From positions 1 through 19,828 of the forward strand of contig CAXBPH010000119.1 of assembly GCA_963977445.1 (NCBI GenBank): 19,828 nucleotides of DNA, written 5' to 3'. Source of the stretch: an uncultured bacterium. GTDB lineage: Bacteria > Hydrogenedentota > Hydrogenedentia > Hydrogenedentales > JAEUWI01. The notes below the pieces were generated by a model that was given only the letters and a program-made list of their open reading frames with translations, was not told the origin of the DNA and did not search any database. Positions 15,935 to 19,828 of this stretch are shown here, piece after piece. Made by a program: the position numbers and the translations under genes. How positions within the stretch are numbered: position 1 is the first letter of the stretch; each line of letters begins with the position of its first letter.

Positions 15935-16185
15935 ATTCTACGCTTTGTCTCATGCACGCCCTTTTAAAAGGTTCAAGGGCAAATAGTGTGGACCACCATC
16001 TGGGAACGGTGGCTTGGAAAAACTGGTCGTGCCGCGCGATCCCCAAAAGGCGAGTATCAACGAGTCCTGACGGGTTCGTGCGTAGGTCGTCGCGCGGTAC
16101 GCCCGACATGAATCATGAATAGCGACATAAACCCCTCCCCACTTTTTCCCCAAGAACTTTTTAACATGCAGGGGCTATGTAGAAT
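15935..16185 (+). ncRNA. Candidate rod-like structured RNA / long imperfect inverted repeat
   Basis: Nested helices in nearly constant register with multiple G-U pairs on the plus strand (detailed in findings). No known family recognised. Confidence 0.4.
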
Positions 16186-16400
16186 CAGTGGGGAATTGGT
16201 GGATCATGTTACAGGCACGGCGTGCCCGCCTTGAGATACCGGGGAAAAATCGGTTCCTGCGTAGCACCTATCGCCCTTCAGGAAAGAAGAATTCTGCCGA
16301 GGCGCCGAAATTTTGTGGGCAAACCATAGGCCCACGACGGCTATACCCACCGTGACGGGACAGAAATCACTGCCCGAAAACGCCCCACTGCGTCAGATGA

Positions 16401-16946
16401 CTAACGCCCTCGGGGGTTGCGCGGTGCCTTGAATCCACCCTTTTTGGGTGCACCGGGCCTGCCAGAATAGCCACCGTGGCCAGCCCCCCCCGAATAGCCA
16501 CCCGCTTTTCCACGTGCACTACTCTTACCGTATTCCTGGGTCTTCCGCTTCGATTTTCGCTGGACCTGCATGGGCCGATAGCGCCACATCAGCATCAAAA
16601 TGATCACGAGTAAGACGACTTCAAACTTCCACACCCAAATCGGGTCGTAGGCGGCGCGGTCCCAGAAGTCCACCAGTGGCGTACTCCATGTCGGCGCATC
16701 AAGGGGCTTCCCATCCTCGGCGAGAGCCTTCATGGAGGAGCTTTCCTTAAACCACCGCGTCACCCCCACCAACACATGGATCGCCACGTGCATCCCCGTC
16801 GCATAAATCGAAAATTCAACCGCATAAAGTATAGGCGGCACCGAATATTTCCGGGTCAGGTAAATAAGCGGTGTGAGGCAAATGGCGATCACGCCATAAA
16901 TTACCGCGTTTTCCTGCACATTGGCGATTAAGGCTTCCATGGACAA
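16401..16946 (-). CDS. Hypothetical membrane protein (about 3 TM) with a basic Gly-rich C-terminal tail
   Basis: GAGGAG RBS before TTG 16946 (or ATG 16940). Hydrophobic segments, then tail RKSKRK...GGYSGGAGHGGYSGRPGAPKKGG. Confidence 0.8.
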   Translation of the reverse strand: MSMEALIANVQENAVIYGVIAICLTPLIYLTRKYSVPPILYAVEFSIYATGMHVAIHVLVGVTRWFKESSSMKALAEDGKPLDAPTWSTPLVDFWDRAAYDPIWVWKFEVVLLVIILMLMWRYRPMQVQRKSKRKTQEYGKSSARGKAGGYSGGAGHGGYSGRPGAPKKGGFKAPRNPRGR

Positions 16947-17033
16947 ATCACTCCTCTGCTACATACTGTCCGAGTGTACCACAGTCTTCTCAGTGCTGCC
17001 AATAGATTACCCATGGGCGACGGAAACACGCTT

Positions 17034-17063
17034 TTGAAAAAGTGCGCGGATGCGGGGTATTAT
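17034..17063 (+). promoter_or_regulatory. Putative sigma70 promoter for the Gfo/Idh/MocA gene
   Basis: TTGAAA-18 nt-TATTAT. Confidence 0.4.
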
Positions 17064-17219
17064 GGCGAGTGCTGCCTTGGCGGAAACGATTGATGCCCTC
17101 TTGCAAAAGCTATCGGCCCCTTCTTCGCCCCGATCCGTTTGGTACAGGTACCGGGCAGCAAGGCAACAAACGTATTTTTTAGCAACCAACAACAAGATTG
17201 GCTGGAGGAAGTTAGCGTA

Positions 17220-18653
17220 ATGTCAGAACAACCCAAAGACTCAACATCAAAAGAAAGCCGTCGCAAATTTATTAAGACGGCTGCCGTTGCCGGTGCCACG
17301 GTGGCTGCCGCTCAATCGGCCAGCGCAGGAACCGGACTCTACAAATCCATCCTCCCCGCCTCCGTGCTCGGTGCCAATGAAAAAATCCGCACCGGCCATA
17401 TCGGCATCGGTGGCATGGGCCGCGCCGACCTGCGCTTCGTCATGATGCGCAACGACATGGAGCCCATCGCCCTCTGCGACCTCTACCCCAAAAACCTCAA
17501 TCTCGCGTTAGAATTCGCCAAGAAGAAGCCCGGCCTCAACCCCACGACCCATCATGATTTCCGTGAAATCATTGAGAACAAAGACGTGGACGCCGTAGTT
17601 ATCGCCACGCCCGATCACTGGCACTGCCTCTGCACCATGCACGCCGCAGACGCCGGCAAAGCCATTTATTGCGAAAAACCCGCTGCCACCACCATCGCCG
17701 AAGGCCATGCCATGGTCGACGCGGTTCGTCGGAACAACGTGGTCTTCCAGGCCGGTAACATGCAGCGCAGCGGCACCCACTTCCAGGAAGCGGTACAGCT
17801 CATCCGCGAAGGCTACATCGGTAAAGTGCACCGCGTGCAGACCTGGATTCACGACAAAGAACCCATCGCCGGCATTGGCATGGGCGAAGACGACCAGGCC
17901 AAGTGGGAAGAACAGGGATTGGACTGGGACTTCCACCAGGGTTGGACCGAACACCACGCCTTCAACACAAACCGCTGGATCTACAACTTCCGCTGGTTCC
18001 TCGACTACTCCGGCGGTAAAGTCACCGATTGGGGCGCGCACCTGCTCGACATCGCCCTCTGGGCCATGGAAGACGAAGACGTGAAGCCCAACCTGCAGCC
18101 CAAGTCGGTTGTGGCCAACGGGGGCAAGTGGGTCCTACAGGACAACCGCACCACCCCCGATACCCTCGACATTCTTTATGAATTTGACGACTTCACCATG
18201 AGCTTCGAAAACCGCGTCTGGAACCACCACGTACCTGCCGATGCCGACGATCACGGCATCATGTTCCATGGCACCCTGGGCAGCCTCCAGGTTTCCCGTG
18301 GCGGCTACCAGATTTGGCCGACGGAGAACAATGTGGCCAAGGGCGAAACCTCCACGGTGGAAGCGAAAAAGGTCGGCCCCTCACCGCTCAACGAGCCCCA
18401 CTGGGAAAACTTCGCCAACTGTGTACGCAGCGGCGACAACCCCATTTCCACCGTAGAAGTCATCAACAACACGAGCCGCCTTTGCCACCTCGGCACCTGC
18501 TCCTACGTGGCCGGTGGTGCCAAGCTCGGCTGGGACGCCGAAAAGCAGGAATTCATCGGCAACGACAAGAAAGCCGTCAAGACTGCCAACAAGTGGGCCA
18601 ACCGTAAATATAACAACGGCTGGAGCCTCAAGGCACCCTACTACCGCGGATAA
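17220..18653 (+). CDS. Tat-exported Gfo/Idh/MocA family NAD(P)-dependent oxidoreductase
   Basis: Tat motif SRRKFIK, GHIGIGGMG, DAVVIATPDHWH, YCEKP and SGGKVTDWGAHLLD. Start moved to ATG 17220 after GGAGG. Confidence 0.94.
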   Translation: MSEQPKDSTSKESRRKFIKTAAVAGATVAAAQSASAGTGLYKSILPASVLGANEKIRTGHIGIGGMGRADLRFVMMRNDMEPIALCDLYPKNLNLALEFAKKKPGLNPTTHHDFREIIENKDVDAVVIATPDHWHCLCTMHAADAGKAIYCEKPAATTIAEGHAMVDAVRRNNVVFQAGNMQRSGTHFQEAVQLIREGYIGKVHRVQTWIHDKEPIAGIGMGEDDQAKWEEQGLDWDFHQGWTEHHAFNTNRWIYNFRWFLDYSGGKVTDWGAHLLDIALWAMEDEDVKPNLQPKSVVANGGKWVLQDNRTTPDTLDILYEFDDFTMSFENRVWNHHVPADADDHGIMFHGTLGSLQVSRGGYQIWPTENNVAKGETSTVEAKKVGPSPLNEPHWENFANCVRSGDNPISTVEVINNTSRLCHLGTCSYVAGGAKLGWDAEKQEFIGNDKKAVKTANKWANRKYNNGWSLKAPYYRG

Positions 18654-18692
18654 TCCCACCCCGTAACATAAGACCAAGACCCCATAGAATCC

Positions 18693-18730
18693 ACGCGGCG
18701 TCTTCCTCCCGGAAGACGCCGCGTTTTTCT
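18693..18730 (+). terminator. Intrinsic terminator
   Basis: Perfect 14-bp stem ACGCGGCGTCTTCC-TCCC-GGAAGACGCCGCGT followed by TTTTCT. Confidence 0.9.
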
Positions 18731-18769
18731 CTATACGCCCGCACCGGCAGGCGTGATCGACCGTCTTTT

Positions 18770-18958
18770 TCAACGGTCGGTCGTCAATTTCCCTCCACAT
18801 CCCCAATTCTCCAACTCCACCTCGTCAATAACGATATGGGTGTTTTCCGGCTTTTTGTTGAGCACCCGCTGCAACGTGGCCGTAATTTCTTCCACGATCT
18901 GCGCCTTTTGCGCCTTCGTCACACCCGTCTTTGTTATACGCACATTCACATACGGCAT
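18770..18958 (-). CDS. 4-oxalocrotonate tautomerase family protein
   Basis: 62 aa, catalytic Pro after Met (MPYVNVRI), QKAQIVEEIT and VIDEVELENWGCGG. AGGAGA RBS. Confidence 0.92.
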   Translation of the reverse strand: MPYVNVRITKTGVTKAQKAQIVEEITATLQRVLNKKPENTHIVIDEVELENWGCGGKLTTDR

Positions 18959-19068
18959 TGCCTGTTCTCCTTGTTGTCCCTATTGCCAGAAATGCCCTGT
19001 CGCTTGCAAAGGCCAAATACGACACGGCATGCTATGTATTCAATCATCACGCAGCATAAAGGCACCCC

Positions 19069-19828
19069 ATGACCAAACACAACGACACCCTCAGCCGACG
19101 GACATTCCTTGCTACCGCCACCGCCACCGGCCTCGCCCTGACGACGGGCAGCCATGCCACGACACGTCGCCGTACCGGACTCATCGGCTATGGGGAATCA
19201 GGTGCTGAACTTTTTCGCCAGGCGGCTGACCACACCCTGCCGTTGCACATCACCACCGTGGCCGATAGTGACGCCACCCGTCTTGCCCAACTGCCCCGTG
19301 CCATAGCACGGCGTGCCACGTGGGAATCGCTGCTTTCCGACACCGACCTGGACGCCATCATCGTGGCTACTCCGGATCATCTCCACGCGCCTATCGCCCT
19401 GGCAGCGCTGGCAGCGGGCAAGCATGTGTACCTGCTGCCGCCCTTCGCCCACGACACCGAAGCGGCCCAGTCCCTCATCCAGGCCGCCCAAAGTGCCCCG
19501 GGCACCTTGCATCTTGCACAAGACGCCGGTCTCCGCGACCACTGGAAACAGGCCCTGAAAACTTTCGACGACAGCAACGATCTCCGATGGATTCAAGCCG
19601 ATATCCCGGTGGGGACAGACCGCCCCGAGCATCATTGGACTCATCGCGCTGCACAAAGTCGTGGTGATGCATCGTGCGCGCTGTTTTCCGCCCTCTACCC
19701 CCTGGCCCTTCAACTGGACCTCAAGGCACCCCGGCAGACCACCCTTTTCGGTGGCGTATTCCATACCGACTCACGGGAAACCCCAGACACCCTTGCGCTG
19801 TCGTCCCAGTATGAAAATGGACTCCAAA
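19069..19828 (+). CDS. Tat-exported, divergent Gfo/Idh/MocA-like protein (3' end runs off the window; absent from the ORF track)
   Basis: Open frame from ATG 19069: MTKHNDTLSRRTFLATA..., GLIGYGESG, DLDAIIVATPDHLH, AAGKHVYLLPP and GGVFHTDSRETPDTL. Confidence 0.88.
   Translation, partial: MTKHNDTLSRRTFLATATATGLALTTGSHATTRRRTGLIGYGESGAELFRQAADHTLPLHITTVADSDATRLAQLPRAIARRATWESLLSDTDLDAIIVATPDHLHAPIALAALAAGKHVYLLPPFAHDTEAAQSLIQAAQSAPGTLHLAQDAGLRDHWKQALKTFDDSNDLRWIQADIPVGTDRPEHHWTHRAAQSRGDASCALFSALYPLALQLDLKAPRQTTLFGGVFHTDSRETPDTLALSSQYENGLQ

Noticed and set aside
15865..16013. Alternative 6S-like fold using GGTTCAAGGG (15970-15979) as the 3' strand
   Set aside because: Helices are short and the bubble is very asymmetric (2 versus 16 nt). 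It is weaker than and incompatible with the 15935-16185 fold; cmscan would settle it.
16131..16202. TGGGG/GTGG repeats resembling MraZ boxes
   Set aside because: Only two per strand with an 11-nt period, and no mraZ/dcw genes. The left set is explained as an arm of the long inverted repeat.
16315..16335. GGGCAAACC resembling a c-di-GMP-I riboswitch start
   Set aside because: It lacks the GNRA-capped P2 and the downstream GCAAAGC-type elements, forms a simple GTGGGC/GCCCAC hairpin and is not 5' of a co-oriented gene.

Overview
GC-rich bacterial chromosomal window. A Planctomycetota/Hydrogenedentota-like origin is suggested by the Tat-exported Gfo/Idh/MocA paralogues and zinc-ribbon/TPR proteins, but this is inference only. 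Recognisable genes: NagD-like HAD-IIA phosphatase, secreted CE4 polysaccharide deacetylase fused to an unknown domain, hemL, GT2 glycosyltransferase + AsnB-type amidotransferase, ispH, class II fbaA, a Tat-signal Gfo/Idh/MocA oxidoreductase and a 4-oxalocrotonate tautomerase-family protein. No transposase, integrase, tRNA, rRNA or CRISPR array was seen. Most unusual: (1) a putative three-gene envelope operon (a 56-aa TM-zinc-ribbon protein missing from the ORF track, a double-zinc-ribbon/TM/TPR protein and a secreted TPR protein whose N-terminal domain resembles a Zn-phospholipase C/S1-P1 fold without metal ligands); (2) a ~250-nt rod-like inverted-repeat structure just upstream that may be an ncRNA; (3) three exported proteins that look like pseudoenzymes; (4) a BIME/REPIN-like 2 x ~240-bp repeat cluster with a dispersed copy of its end, plus 7-mer and 9-mer repeats at gene 3' ends. 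All family assignments come from reading motifs by eye; no searches were run.
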